DNA of 64,000 nucleotides, taken from assembly GCF_009914755.1 (NCBI RefSeq), contig NC_060934.1; one strand, 5' to 3'. Under the pieces are notes generated by a model, which saw only the letters and a program-made list of their open reading frames with translations, did no database searches and was not told where the DNA came from. Each line of letters opens with the position of its first letter. Position 1 is the stretch's first letter. The stretch is from the human T2T-CHM13v2.0 reference genome, Homo sapiens. A program made the position numbers and the translations under genes. Below are positions 39,421 through 54,781 of the stretch, piece after piece.

Positions 39421-39956
39421 CAAAAGTAAGCCATCACTCTGATCTTTTTTCCTCTGAAGGTAATGTGCCTTTTTTCTCTAACTCCTTTTAAGATTCTCTC
39501 TTTGTCCTTGGTTTTCAGAAATTAACTCTGCCTAAATGTAATTTTTATATTTATGTCTTCTATTTGAGACTCATATTCTTGAATTTATTATTTAATGTCT
39601 TCCACCAGTTTTTGGAAATTCTCAAGCATTATTTCTTCAAATATTACTTCTGTCCTATTCTCTGCCTCCTCTCCTTCTGGAACTCTTAGTTAACAAATGT
39701 TAGACCTACCACTTACTATCTTATCCTTTTTTCCTCAATTTTATATACCATTTTCTGCGTATGTGTGTCAATCTGGATACTTTCTACTGACCTACGTTCT
39801 ATTTCATTGTGTCCTGCCATGTCCAATCTACTATTGAATTCCCAATTTTAGGCACTGTATTTTTTAATTCTAGAATTTCCACTGGACTCTTTTTTATGGA
39901 ATCCAGGTTTCTGTTTAAATTCTCCATTTTTATCTTCATTTTCTTGAACTTACTAA

Positions 39957-40337
<381 letters not shown>

Positions 40338-40378
40338 TGATATTATTTCTCTTAATTTCTAGTTAAATAACCTTTTTT

Positions 40379-40680
40379 AGTCCGGGGATGGTGGCTTATA
40401 CCTGTAAACCCAACATTTTGGGAGACCAAAGGCAGGCAGATCACTTGAGGCCAGGAGTTTGAGACGAGCCTGGCCAACATGGTGAAACTTCATCTTTAAT
40501 AAAAATACAAAAAACTTAGCCAGGCGTGGTGGCGTGCACCTGTAGTCCAAGCTACTCAGTTGGCTGAGGCATGAGAATTGTTTAAACCCAGGAAGCAGAG
40601 GTTGCAGTGATCTGAGCTAGTGCCACTGCACTCCAGCCTCAGCAAAAGAGAGAGACTCTGTCTCAAAAATAATAATAATA
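40379..40680 (+). mobile_element. AluS/J
   Basis: Sense dimer with (AAT)n tail. Confidence 0.93.
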
Positions 40681-41404
40681 ACATTTTAAAATCATTTCTT
40701 ATAATTTTTTATTGAGTAATAGACATTGTGAATCAAAAAAATGTGGAGCTCTGGATGATGTTATCTCTCTCCCAAATGGTTAAGATTTTTCTTCTTTTTC
40801 TTTTTGGTAAGTTAACAGATCACTTTATTCTATTGAAAGTTAATTTTAAGACTTTCTTAGAGTTCATCTCTTTCAGTTTTTCCCTCTCTTACAGAGCATG
40901 GTCCCTCTGAGATCTTAACAGAGAATCTGAGGCATTAACCAAACCTCTCCCAATTTGAAAGAACTTAAATTCCAATTTCTAGCTCCTCAGCAATGGTAAG
41001 CTTTGGGATCTCTACTCAGAAGTTCAGCCTCCCAACTGCTGCTTTCTGCTTGGCTCTTTGGAATCACTCTGTACGTGGAAATCTCAGGAGACAGCCAATG
41101 ACCTAAGAGGCATTTTAGAGCTTCTCTCATTGCAGCTAAGTCTTTTCCAGAATTTTGTTCCTCAATCCTTTCCTGCTCTGGCAGACTCAGACTTCATCCA
41201 TTGTCTCCTTGGCCCAGTCAGATTACAGCTTTCTGCTTGGCGAAGGCCTAGTGCTTATTGAACTGCAATGTGCCCGCCCTTAGGGGGAAAGCTGAGGTGA
41301 GTATCTAAGCATGGAACTCATTCCAAGTATTTCCTTTCATTCAGGGATTGTGCTTCCTTCAGTTCCTGCCTGTTTTGGCTGCCCTCCAGGGCCTTCACAT
41401 CTGT

Positions 41405-41713
41405 ATCTCAGCCTCCACATCCATGAGTTTTACATTCACAGATTCAACCAAGCACAAATTGAAAATATTCAGAAAAATAAAAAATAACAATACAACATTA
41501 AAAACAATATAAATTTAAAACACAGGATAACTATCTACATAGATTTGCATTGTATTATGTATTATAAGTAATCTGAGATGATTTAAAGTATACGGGAGGA
41601 TGTGCGTAGGTTATATGCAAAAACTACACCACTTTCTATCAGGGACTTAAGCATCTACAGATTTTGGTATCCAGGAGAAGGTCCTGAAACCAACTCCCTG
41701 AGCTATAACTGTA
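41405..41713 (-). mobile_element. MER2 (Tigger-type)
   Basis: atgatttaaagtatacgggaggatgtgcgtaggttatatgcaaa...gattttggtatcc. Confidence 0.85.
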
Positions 41714-42039
41714 CATATATCTATATCCATAATGTGGATAATTTTTCCTCCAGCTTTTATCATTACTGTCAGGGGAAGAGCTAACTCAATACATGCTATT
41801 TTGACGGGAACTGGGACACTAGTTAGAACAATTTTTTATTGTGAAAGGAAACAGATCCACAAGACTGTCTTCAAATGAATTCTTACGTAAAGCCTAATAT
41901 ATAATACAGGTGAAAGAAAAATCTAGTCTAGTGTTGATCAGTTCAGTAGAAAGTGTCCAGGTTATCACCCAGAAGATGGGATATAGGGCTGGTTATATTC
42001 TTTGAGACTCCCAAAGTTTGAAAATCACCAAGAACAGGA

Positions 42040-42260
42040 AGAAGTGTGGGTTTTAGATTCAAAGAGACCTCAGTATGAATACCAAACCTACTGCTTACTA
42101 GCTATGTGTCCATGGGTCAACGATTTAACTTCTCGCAAGCTAGGCTCCTCATCTGCAAAATGGAGACAGTCATGCCTACCTTGCTTTTTTGTGAGAAGTT
42201 ATTATAAGAATTATCACAAAGTACATGAAAAGCAGCTTGCACATTCCTAAGTATATAATG
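42040..42260 (+). mobile_element. MIR
   Basis: cttactagctatgtg...ctcctcatctgcaaaatggaga. Confidence 0.75.
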
Positions 42261-42849
42261 GACAGAATTATGTGCTTCTCAAAGGCAAGCATGTTTTCTC
42301 CATTTTTTTAACACACTTACCTACCATCCCAGCATTGAACACTTGGTTGCTGAATAAATACTTGTTGTTTTACTTGCCTTTTCTCCATTAAAAAGATTTT
42401 CATGTAAAACTAGGCCTCCATAGCCCTAAATCCTGAGCTATTATTATTCTGAAATAGCACAGTGGGACACAAGATCATATAGAGAAGAATTAGGCTAAAC
42501 AGAGCTTTTAATTGCAAATGGAGGATAAATGAAGATGGGCTCCCATATTTGCACGCACATGAAAATTGACAGTTCAGATAGTGATATAAAATTGAAGCTG
42601 TTACCTATAATGCTTGATATGAATTGTAAACTGATCTTCTACAATAGCCTAAATATCTCTAAATACATTTAATGTAACCATTCATAGCAGGCTCTTTTTG
42701 AAAAATAAATTTCCTTTACTGACTGTGTAAATGGATTAATTGAAAGACAATCATGAAAGGCTTTGCCATTGTGTGATGATAGTCTTGTTAATAAAACATC
42801 ATGAAATTTTTCTAGGAAAAAAAGATGAGTTTTCTGATTTCAACAAAAG

Positions 42850-43560
42850 GGAAAAATGTTCCTTGCAACACAACAAATTTAAGAAAAGCAAGAGAGTAAA
42901 TATTACAAAGAGATGTTAATTAATCGGAAGACAAGAAAGAACACAGTAAAATAAACAAATTTCCAGAAAGTATTGTTTTTTAAAAAAGGAAAACAGATAT
43001 TGAGAATTAGAAATAAGTAAAGAGATATAAACAAAGATATGGAAGACATTTTAAGTCATGGGAAAATAACATGTATAATTCTGTATTAATAAATTTGAAA
43101 AGTTTGATAAAATAGATGGTTTTCTAAGAAAACATAAATTTTCAAAATTATCAAAAAATAAATGGTAAATCTGAGCAGACTACTAGCCCTGCAAGAAATT
43201 CAAAAAGTAGGCTAATAATTGAAAACATAATTTAGAAAGATCCTGGGCCTACTTGGTTTTACAGGCTCTATCTTTTCTTTGAATTTTTAAGAAACTATCA
43301 CTTCTATTTTATATAGTTCAATAAGTCTGTAAAAAATAGTAAGTTTCCCAATTCAATTCATTAAGCCTAGAACACTCTTGATACAGTGCCAAGAAAATAA
43401 AAAATTTGCATGAATATAAATACAAAGTAAAGTTACAAATCAAGTCAAGTAGTGTTTTGAAATAATAATAACACCATAACCAACCATGATTTGGAATGCA
43501 AGCATGGTTCAATACCAGGAAAGCTATTAATGTGATTTATCACATCAGTAGATCAAAGAA
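42850..43560 (+). mobile_element. Old L1 ORF2 fragment
   Basis: A-rich; aaatttgaaaagtttgataaaatagatgg...ggaatgcaagcatggttcaata. Confidence 0.7.
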
Positions 43561-43716
43561 GGCATTACAATAAGAAGAGAATAGTTAGAGGCTAACAGTC
43601 AGATTTAAAAGCCAGGGCCCCTGGGTTAGAAACCTGGCTTTTCCACTTCCACTGTGACTTTTATCAAGCAATCTAAGGTCTGTGCCCAATTCTCTTGCTA
43701 TAACATGGGACATATT

Positions 43717-44277
43717 GTAAATGTTTTTTTCTTAATTTTCTATATATTATAATGTTTTGGTGCCTTTAAATAAACTTTTCTGGCTGGGGAGAGACTGTTC
43801 TTCCTAGAGCTAGTGAATTCTTGGAGGTTATAAGGGTCCAGACTGCAGCGTGCCTTTGACATGCAAACTCACCAGTCCAGAGCCACACCTCCTCTCTCTG
43901 GCCCTACATTCCGGGAGACAGTATTCCTCTGCCTTAGTCATCCCAGGGCCAGATACCAGGCAACTAGGGACCACCACCCCTTTAGCCCAAAGCTCACTGA
44001 AATTATCCAGACTGGCCAATCCTAAACTGTTCACATTGCCCTGCCTTGCCTTGCCTTTCCCTTGGAAACCCCAAGAAAAGGCAGTGACTTAAGCCTTCCC
44101 CCACCCCTGTCTTCTCTCTCCTGACCATCTGGTGTCGTTCCCATGTGGTCCCGCATGGTGTGCCCTGTACTTCCTGTCTCTGGGACCATGAGTATAATAA
44201 ACTTCATTTTTTTTCCAGAGCCTTTCCTCTGTCTCCTTTTGTGGCCACATGTGACACCCACATAAAATAATACTACA
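43717..44277 (+). mobile_element. MER74/MER73-like ERVL LTR splitting a MIR
   Basis: gagactgttcttcctagagctag...gcctttgacatgcaaac...ccagagcc; MIR halves on both sides (43580-43716, 44295-44400). Confidence 0.65.
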
Positions 44278-45044
44278 AAATATGAGAATACTAACATTAC
44301 ATACTTTGTGGGGTTATTGTGAGAATTAAATAAACTAACACATGTAAAAGATGTTTACATCAATGCCTGGTGTATAGTAAATCCATAAAACTAATACTTG
44401 CTAGATATAATAAAACCTAAATCATCATCTCTATAAATGCCAATGATAAACTTTACCATCCTTCTCTGTTAGAAACTCTTGGTAAACCAGGAATAGTTCA
44501 ACACCATGAAAATTGTCTATCCCGAACTAATAACTAACATCACTCCTCTGAGACAATAAAGGGACACCCACTAAAGCCAGGAGTAGGATCCCAATGGCCA
44601 CTATCACCCCCTTGGCCTCCACCAGATAAGTTCCCAAGACAACCTGACCACAGTGAGAACGAAATGGCTCTCTAACTGCAATTTTATTTTATTTGTAATC
44701 AGATTTCTTTCTTCATTTTCTTGATCCTAGGTTAGGATTAAAATAATTTAAGTTATTAAATCATTTCCTCTCACACCAAGCCTGGCACAAAATGCACAAA
44801 GTGAGAAGCAAAGTGGCAAAGTGTCCCAAGAATGCTGCCAACAGTGATGCATAGCTCCATGATGAGATGTTGAGAGCTTCACTGGGGATGCAAACTCCAA
44901 TTAGAGAATTTGACACTGGAAGAGAATTCACGACTTGTTCTAAGTCACCTTTCCTCTCTGACCTGGGTTCCCTCTTATAGAATAAAAATAGTGTGATCCA
45001 AGTAACTTTTGATGACAGTATTTAGACAACATGTCCTCACACTA

Positions 45045-46400
45045 AAACTTAAAAAAAAACAAAATACTGAACAAATACTGAACTCTAGTTAATAAGGTAT
45101 TTTTTCCCCCACAAAGCCATGGGTTAGCAATTCTGAAACTAGGACTGAATAAATAAATAATATACCGAGGAACATGGGAGCCAGTTTCCCCACTGGTAGA
45201 GAAAGGAGTTACAAATACACGAGAAGGAAGGCGAGAATATGCTCTGTAGGACATGACTGAAATTTGGGGTATCAGTGGGAATTAATGAGTTTTAAAATAT
45301 ACACATTGCTCAATACAAAAATAAAGATAGATGCATGTGTGTGTGCATTCATTTATTTCTAAGCTCTGCCCACTGTGAGGGCCTAGAAGCAATGACATCC
45401 ACCTAGTAATAAACCCCTAGCACTAAAACATTGGCACAAGACCCGTCTAAAAAAATAAAGAAAGAAAGAAAAAGAAGGAAAGTTCTTCCTTACAAAGGAG
45501 AAACAAAAAATATTGTATTAATAGAAGAAACAATAAAATTAGAAAATCACCATCATGATAACAATTGATTAAAGTCAGAATAACATATGGATCCTTAAAC
45601 TAGTGGGTGAAATTTTTATTTTTACACATGAATATGTACATAGTCACAAATTACCTCTCCATACGATATTTATTAACGATAAATAGCAAACTAGTAACTT
45701 GACAGTAGAGAAACTTAGCAGACACCACCTTAAGTGATCGATGTTAACATCATCAGTTATGAGTCAAATTAAGATCCTGTGCCTCCTGATACAATGTACT
45801 GAGAAGAATACAACATCACTTATAATGTACTCCTGCCAAAAGGGCATAACCTGAAACTGACAATGAGGAAACATCAGACACACCCAAAGGAGGGTCATTC
45901 TGAAAAATGAACTGCTCTATACTCTTCAAATGTAAACACATGAAATACAAAGCAAGTCTTAGGGTCTATTCCAGTTTAAAGGATACTAAGGAGTCATGGC
46001 AACTGAGTACACCACACAATCCTGGGTTTTCTTTGGCTATGAAGACATTTATAATGTATTTATAATTTATAATTGACAATTCGATCTGAATATGACCTTA
46101 TAACAGAAATAGTCATGTTTGCTGATTTCCTAATTTTGGACATTGTACTATGGCTATGTAAGAGAATGTCCTTGTTTTTAGAAATACAGAAGTATGTAGA
46201 AATAAGGAAGTATCACAGCTGCAACTTATACTGAACAGTTCAGCAAAAACAATGTAGAAGTATATATAGAGAGAAAGGGATAAATTTTAAAGACTAAAAT
46301 TTGGAGCTTGATGAAGAGAATACAGCAATTCTTTGAACTATTCCTGCAACTTTTCTGAAAGTCTGAAATTATGTCAAAATTTAAAAATTAAAATTAAAAG
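45045..46400 (+). mobile_element. L1MC-type 3' region
   Basis: aaatactgaactctagttaat...gttaacatcatcagt...gagaatgtccttgtttttag...tgcaacttttctgaaagtctgaaattat. Confidence 0.75.
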
Positions 46401-46978
46401 TGTTGGAGTTTTTAAACATGGCTATGAATTCCATAGTAATCCCATTGGAGAGGTAGTCTACATCCCCAACCCTTGAATGCAGATGGGCTTGTGTCTTCTT
46501 CCACCTTCGATTGTGGTGAAAGATACTCCATAGAACTTCAAGGCAAGGTCATCAAAGACCATAAGGCTGCCACCTTGTTCCCTAGAGAGCTTGCTGTTGG
46601 ATCCCTGAGCCACCTTGAGACTACCATACTGGAGAGACCACATGGAGGCTTCCTGCAGTCAAGAGTCCCACCTGATCCTGATGGCCCCCAGCAGCCTCAG
46701 GCCTGGCAAGGGAAAGTTGAGTGAAACCACCTTGGAAGTGGATCCTCAGTCCCAGCTGTTCCCACCTCTAGCTTGTCTCATCACTGCCCCCACCCCGCCC
46801 CAGCTGTTTGAATCATTCCCGCTGAGGTCCTGGCTGACACTGCAGAACAGAAAACAATGACCCCTCTGTTCCCTTCCAAAGTCTTGGTCCACAAAATCTG
46901 TGAGTGTAATAAAATTGTTGCTGCTCTGTGCCACTTGCTTTGGGATGGTTTGTTACATGGTAATAGGTAACTGGAACA
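46401..46978 (+). mobile_element. MLT1G/H-like LTR
   Basis: cccattggagaggtagtc...cccttgaatgcag...tttgggatggtttgttaca...taactggaaca. Confidence 0.7.
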
Positions 46979-46989
46979 AGCACCCCATC

Positions 46990-47150
46990 TGACTAGGCAC
47001 TGGGCACTGTGCAGAGTCTCTGGCACTCTTTTCCACAGCCCTGTGGAAACACCATTATTATCCCCATCTTACAGATGAAGAAACTGAGGGCCAAAGTTTT
47101 GTAACAACTTGCCCAGGGCCACAGAGCTAGGCAAGTTACAAACCTAAGAT
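46990..47150 (-). mobile_element. MIR
   Basis: attattatccccatcttacagatgaagaaactgagg...aacttgcccagggccacagagctag. Confidence 0.85.
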
Positions 47151-49134
47151 TTTTTTCATCGAAGCAAATACTGACACCAGGGCATCCTGCTATATTTCAT
47201 CTCCCCAAAAGCATTCATTCTCAGCTCAGATAAACCTTATTAGGTCTGGAGACACCATAGTGAGCAATGCAGATGTGGTTTCTGTCTTCATGGTACTTAC
47301 AGTCTGGTGGGACTGACAGAAACCAAACAAACAGCACCAGCATCATCCAGACATTGGACCTAAGGCCGCTGCAGTCCCTTTTAGAGCAGAATTCCTGGGT
47401 TCTGGCAGCCTCTCTTCTTACTCTCCCAGTTAAGGGTCCAGACACACCACAGACCCCTCAGGCGTGGCTGGGCTCTGCCCCAGTGGGTATGGGTCAGATG
47501 AACTCATGAGGCTGTTTCTCCAAGAGTCCCCCAAAGAGGGAAAAGGGAGTGTATGAAACGTGGCTATTGTCACCTATAATTCAATCAATAGAAAAAGACA
47601 GGTTTCAAATAAATCCTAATGCCTCCCACTACCAAAAACATTTTTTAAAAAGATCTGGTAGGGCCTGAGAATTTGTTTGTCTCTGCTGGTCATGTGTTCT
47701 GAGCTCTTACGGCCAGGAGAGGGGCCCTAGCACCCCACCATTCACTTCCCTTTCTGACTTTGGAAGAGTAGCCTCGACCCAGAGCTCTAAGAATCCAGCC
47801 CCGGTGTGGATGCCAGGACCCCTGCACATCCCCTCCCTACCCTCAGTGCCCCCTCCCCAACTCTCCTAATGGGGCATCTGTGGGAGGTTCGCATTCCAGG
47901 CTGCAGCTGCTGCCGCCTGGCAGAGCCCAGGCATCGTTTCCATTCCACAGCTTTGGCCTGACATCTGGTGGAGGGACGGGAAGCGGTGCATTTAGTCAAA
48001 TGACAAGGAGAGTGGCTGCAGCCCTGGGCAGGCAGGGTCTTCCTCCTACGGAAAGTGAGGGTAGCTTCCAGAGTCTCCTGGAAGCTTCCAGGAGTCAGGG
48101 GCTTTACCTTCAACCAGTAAGGGCCACCATGTCCTTCCCCTACAGGAGTCCACCAAAGCCTCAGAATGTGGCCATTTGGCAGCTAAGACCTTCCTCAAAG
48201 GGGGAAAGGGATCCCCAAGAAAGGTTCCGCAACTCCTCCCAGTCAGGCAGCTGGGAATGGAGGCAGCTGAGGCAATCCTGGGTATCTGACTTCAAAATCG
48301 TGGTCTTAAGGACTCTGTCACCTTGGCCCTCAGTGAGTCAACTGAGGTGTGTGGGGGAAGGAGTCTTCATGGGGACACTCAGGGCCGTGGCCATTCAACA
48401 CCCTCGGATCACAGACATCTGCAGAGCGTGGGACCCAACCTGCCTGATGACAGATATCAGGGGCCCAAGTTCAATACGCACATTCAGGGCCCCGATTGCA
48501 GCCTCCGCATTTTAACCCACCCCAGGTGGTCACTGCCTTCAGGTGAACGTGGCTCTGCTGTTTCCTGCCCAGATGCGGTGGCCTAGCCTCATGAAAGGGG
48601 TGGAAGGTGGGTGAGGTTACCGATCCCTACTCACTAGGGGCCACTCTCCTCACACTAAAGAGCATACTCCAAGAAGGGGGCGGGGGTGCCCCCCCAGAGC
48701 CAGGGCCTGAGATGCAGCTGGAGGCATCCTCCCATCCTGGACATTCTGCAGGTGCCACGCGGTACCTTAAACCTTCTGTGGGTGGCTTCTCTGATCCAAC
48801 ATGGCCAAACCAGAACCCTTGATTTTCACACTGGACCTGCTATTCCTCCAGCTTTTCCATCTAAGTCACTACACCACCATCAACCAGCTACCCAGACCAA
48901 AACCACAGGGGACATCATGTTTGTGTTCCCTTTCCCTCCCCATGCCCCACATCCAATCCATTGACTAGTCCTGGCAGCGCTCCCACAAAACACATCCCAA
49001 GTTTGCCCCCTCAGTGTGGCACCTACCCCAGTCCCAGCCTTCACCTTTGTCCAATGGGACCTGGCAGAAGCCCCCTAACTCTTCCCCTCCCCTCCCACTT
49101 TCTCTCTTGCCCCCCATGTCAATTGTCCAAGTGA

Positions 49135-49443
<309 letters not shown>

Positions 49444-49450
49444 TAGATCC

Positions 49451-49548
49451 TTTTTTTTTTTTTTTTGAGACAGAGTCTCACTCTGTCACTCAGGCTGGAG
49501 TGCAATGGTGTGATCTCAGATCACTGCAACCTCCACCTCCCAGGTTCA
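49451..49548 (-). mobile_element. 5'-truncated Alu (3' ~80 bp plus tail)
   Basis: T16 gagacagagtctcactctgtc...ctcccaggttca. Confidence 0.9.
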
Positions 49549-50147
49549 GTTCACTGCTCTATCCCCAGGGCTTAGCGTCTGGCACTGGCTCCCAAATATG
49601 GAGTTGTTTACATAATTAATGATTCCTCTACTATGACCCAGGCTGTTCCCTGTTGTATTTTGTACAAATGAAACAGCTGACAAAGTGAGACACTGAGAGA
49701 CTCTAACGCCCAAATGGGAGTGGCACAAGGCGATCGTGGGTGAGAGCAGGCATGTTTCCACACACTCCAGGGAGAAGGCTAGGGCCTGGGGTCCCCTTAA
49801 TCTGGTCAGGTCTCCGCCAGCTGAAGGAGACCAAGATGCTGGCAGAGATGATGAGGTCACAACCAAGTCTGGGCCCTCAGCATGCCTGAGTCCTGCCCTG
49901 TGGTGGGGTGGCTGGTAGAGAAGCTGCAAAGCCACCCCACAGCTCGGGTGTTTGTGGGCTTTGCAGGGCTCCAGGGAACCTGGCTCTGCTGGCCAGTCTG
50001 CTCTCCTGGCTCGTGTGTGTAAGATGATGTGGTGAAAACGACTTCAGTTCCATGAACACAGGCTCAGGGTGGAGGGTCCTATTTGAAGCTGTGCCTTCTG
50101 AGTCTAGAGTGTGCAGTCAGGCACTGTATAGACAATGAGTTCTTCAT

Positions 50148-50597
50148 TGATGGGACAAGCGCTGGAGTCAAAAACCTGAGCTGGACATCAGTTAAGGGGT
50201 AAAAACCGATTTTACTCAGGACTATTGCAATAGGGAGAATAGAGAACCGGGCTCAACTCCCACTTGCAAGGGCAGGTGGAGTGTTGGAGCAAAGGAGCAG
50301 CGTGGGGGTCAGCGGGTGGAAATGGCTAAGAGGAAACATTAGGGGCCAAGGGGATTCTTGCTGAAGACAGGCCAGGAAGATCAGACCTCCCCAGGGCAGT
50401 GGTAAAAGATGAGGAACCCGACCAGATATCGAGAGTGATCAGAAATGGAGAATGACAGCTGGGAGTGGAGGGGTCTAGCTAACCTGACTTAGCAGGACTC
50501 TTGCTAAAGCTGGATTTTACAAGAAGTGCACAGAGGTGGGCCTAAGAGAAGGTGCAGGAGGCTGACTGAAGTTTGGCCAAGCAAAGAATCTTTGTCA
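50148..50597 (-). mobile_element. MER31-family ERV1 LTR
   Basis: Minus strand starts tgacaaagattctttgcttggccaaacttcagtcag. Confidence 0.7.
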
Positions 50598-51245
50598 TTG
50601 GCTAGGGGAAGTATTGGTCCTAAAATCCTGGATAGGAAGACAAACTGTAGGCCAGCAGTGACAGAGGAAATACCTATGTCAAGAAAGTTGGAAATGTGTC
50701 AGAGATTAATTTTAGCCCTGGGAATATGTCCGTCGGAAGAAACAGAATGGAAAATGGGGAATCTAGGAGAAACCACCGACATTCCTTCGTCAAGCATTTA
50801 TGGCGTGCCTGCTCTGAGCTGGCCTGCAGGGTCTGTGGGAAGAGACAGTGCCTCCCTCTCCAGGGCCCCCATGGGACACTTCTCATATTCTGAAACAGTG
50901 CTTGCCAGGTCACATTGTATTATCTGGGCTTTCCACTCCTACAAGGACTGGAGCTGGTTCTCACCACAGGTGGAAGCTGAGCTTGCATCTGCGGCCTAGC
51001 AGGTTCTCCACATGGTGGGTAATGTGTGACTTCTGTGTCCCCGGCATGGAGTCCCGCTAGGCCCAGTGCTATTCTACTATCTAATTCATGAGTTATTCTG
51101 GTTACGTTCTTGCCACAGTTGAGGAGACTAAATGGTTCTCCATAGGACAGGCCGTGCAACGGCATCTAATGAGTCCTCTCTCTCTCCCTCCCTCCCTTTG
51201 TTCCTTCCTTCCCACAGCTGAAGCATTTTCCCGGGAAAAAGTCCA

Positions 51246-51546
<301 letters not shown>

Positions 51547-51849
51547 TTAAAAGTCCATCCTAGAAAAATTCCACTCTTTGCCACAAGGTGGTGATCAAGG
51601 CTCACATAGTTTGGGGCCTACACTTTGCGAGCTGAAAGTGATCGTCTCACTCCACGAGGATTTGGGGGTTTGTTTTGGTTTTCCTTTTTAATATCTGGAG
51701 GGGAAGCAAGTGTTCCTAGGCAGCTCCCCACTACCCACCACAATCTAATTGTCCTTCAAACCAGACTCTGGTCTGTGTAAACAGGCCGTAAGATGGACTT
51801 CTGGAGTTGTCTGGGCACCCGGCTATGAACTTTTCAGATGGCTGTGAAA

Positions 51850-52385
<536 letters not shown>

Positions 52386-52639
52386 TGTGAAAAGAGGTCC
52401 TTGTGAAGTGGTTTTTATAAACCAAAGGTAGAGGTAGTGGCTTGGCCTTTGGAGACAGCTGCTTGCTTTTGAAGGAGGGAGTCCAGGCGCCAGCTTGAGG
52501 AAGCCCAGAGACCGCCTCAGAGCTGTCCAGCATCTGGAATCCAGACATCGTGCCAGGCACCGGGAGTCTCTGGGCCTTAGGAGGCTAGAGGAGTAAGGCA
52601 GCCTCCAAGTTCTAGCTCTGTGGTAATAAGGCTGACCAG

Positions 52640-52850
52640 GGTAACTAATCTTCCATGAGTAATGTGTGCTAGCCCCTATTTTAAGTGCTTATATGTGTTA
52701 CCTCATGTAACCCTCATGACATTCCTACGCAGCAGGTGCATTTGTCCTCCTCCTCAACAGGTGGGGAAACCGGATTTGAAAGAAGCTAAGACACTCGGCC
52801 AAGGTCACTTGCTGGTAAGAAGGAGGCTGGATTTGAATCCAGGAGGCTGA
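52640..52850 (-). mobile_element. MIR
   Basis: taagtgctta...aaccctcatgaca...ccaaggtcac...ggatttgaatccagg. Confidence 0.7.
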
Positions 52851-53483
52851 GAGGAAGAGTCCACATAAGGCTTCTCAGAGCCGGCACCCAGCGTCCAAGC
52901 TGATGAAACATAACTGCCCAGGCTGAGTCATCTGATCCACCAGTTCAGGCCTTCTACCCCAGCTGGTCCTAACCATGGGTGGAAGCTGAGCTTGCATCTG
53001 CAGCCCTTTGTCAAGAGAGGCCTAATGGAAAACCTGACCGTCTACCCCAAATAGCAGTAATGAACCAGTGCCTCCCCCTTCCCCATCAGGGTGAGGTCAC
53101 AGCTTCTACCCACAAGTTCTCCAGCTGGTTCTCCATGGGGACAGAAGTCACTGGCATGAGTAGTTGAACTTTGGAGTTGGAACGTGTGTCCAAATCCTGG
53201 ATGTGCCACTTACCAGCCAGCTGGGCACTCAACCTCTCCACGCTTTGGTTTCCTTGTCTGTAAGGTTGGGATAATTTTAAAATGCCTGCTTTACAAGGCT
53301 GTTGGATTCCAAAAGATCATACCCTGGCTTCAGGCTCTCACTAAAAACTCATTATCATACTTATAATTTTCTATGCAATAGGGAGAAAGTGATAAGAAAA
53401 TGACCAAAAGAATAATAATTCTGAGAGGCTCTGGCTCATTTCAAAATGAGACACAGGAGTGGAAAGGTAGCAATTCTATAAAT

Positions 53484-53658
53484 CAGTGGTTCTCAGCCTG
53501 AGCAGCCCATTAGAATCGCTTAGGAAAGCTTTATAAAAATCATGCCTGACCCCATTTCCAGAGCAATTAAATGAGAATCCTTGGGGCTGGGGACCAGACA
53601 TTGGTCTTTTTGAAAAGCACACCAGCTGACTAGTGTTCAGCAGGGATACAGAGCCACT
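53484..53658. mobile_element. MER5A-family
   Basis: cagtggttctca...cattagaatc...aattaaatgagaatc...gagccact. Confidence 0.75.
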
Positions 53659-54781
53659 TTTGGGGTAAACAAGAGGTTTGTCTGGCAGAACAGAGTGGTG
53701 GGCCCCTCAGCAGCTTTCTTCCCAAAATAGAAGGGGGTGGTCTCTCCAGCAGTGAAATCAAAGCTCGGGACCTCACTCTGACAGCTGAAATGTATAAGGG
53801 GTTTGGACAGGTCTGTCCTCAGCCTTGGCATTGCAAGTAGCAGCTCTTCCTGGCTTCAGTAGCATGGTGGCAGATGGATAAAATGAATACACTACGAGAT
53901 TAAATAACGAGGAGATGTTATGCCAACAAAATTAACTTGTCCAGCCTGTTCCTTAGCAACTGCACTATTATTTCAGGTTTCCTTTAGAAACCTCTGGTTG
54001 TTCCCGCCACTCCTTTTCATTAAAATGTGAGGCGCAGTTATTTCTTACTTTAATGAAAAGGATAGAAAAGCAAGGAATGAGGCAAAAGAAACTTCTAACC
54101 ACCCCTCAAATTGCATCAGGCCAGCCCTAGACAAATAGGATCAAATTGGTAACTTGTAAATTGGGGTGCTTATTTCGTTTTCCTGCAGATGTAGCTTTTC
54201 TGGTCCTCCAAGGGCTTCACCATGCAGTCCTGCCTTTTATGAACACATGGTGCATTTGCCAAACCAATCTGAGGCTGCCCAGATAGCCATTGTTTGGGAG
54301 TCAGGCCCTGAACGTTGGAATTCAGAACACAGTGTCCTCAGAGGAAAATCACTTTTGTGCAGCAGGAACAGGCGCAGAGTGAGTAATTGGCTGGTTTTAG
54401 GAGGGGTGGGGAGGCTTCTTGTTTCTAAACTCTGCCCAGTTGAATTGCTAAAGACCCACCCTCTTCTCAGATGCATCTTTCCTGGGTGATCAGCAGAGGC
54501 CAGGGTCTCACAGGGTTTGCCCACTTGACTGACTCAGTGTCCATGGTCCTGGGCAGCAGGAATCCCGTGTTTGGCTCAGAAACTTGGCTTCCTGTCATCC
54601 CCTAATCAGATCCAGCTGTGCTCTTGGCTATCCTTGCCTGATCATCTTATTTATTGATCATTGTGGGCTTTTGGTCTCAAATGATTTTTTTTTTAAGTCT
54701 GCCAGAAATCTCTGCCTATAAGGTTTGCTGTTGTTGCTCTGGGCTCGAGGTTAACAATATATCCAATTTTATCCTTAAAAG

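Noticed and set aside
47880-48515. Longest ORF (211 aa)
   Set aside because: Non-ATG start, no recognisable domain and no splice context; consistent with chance in GC-richer DNA.
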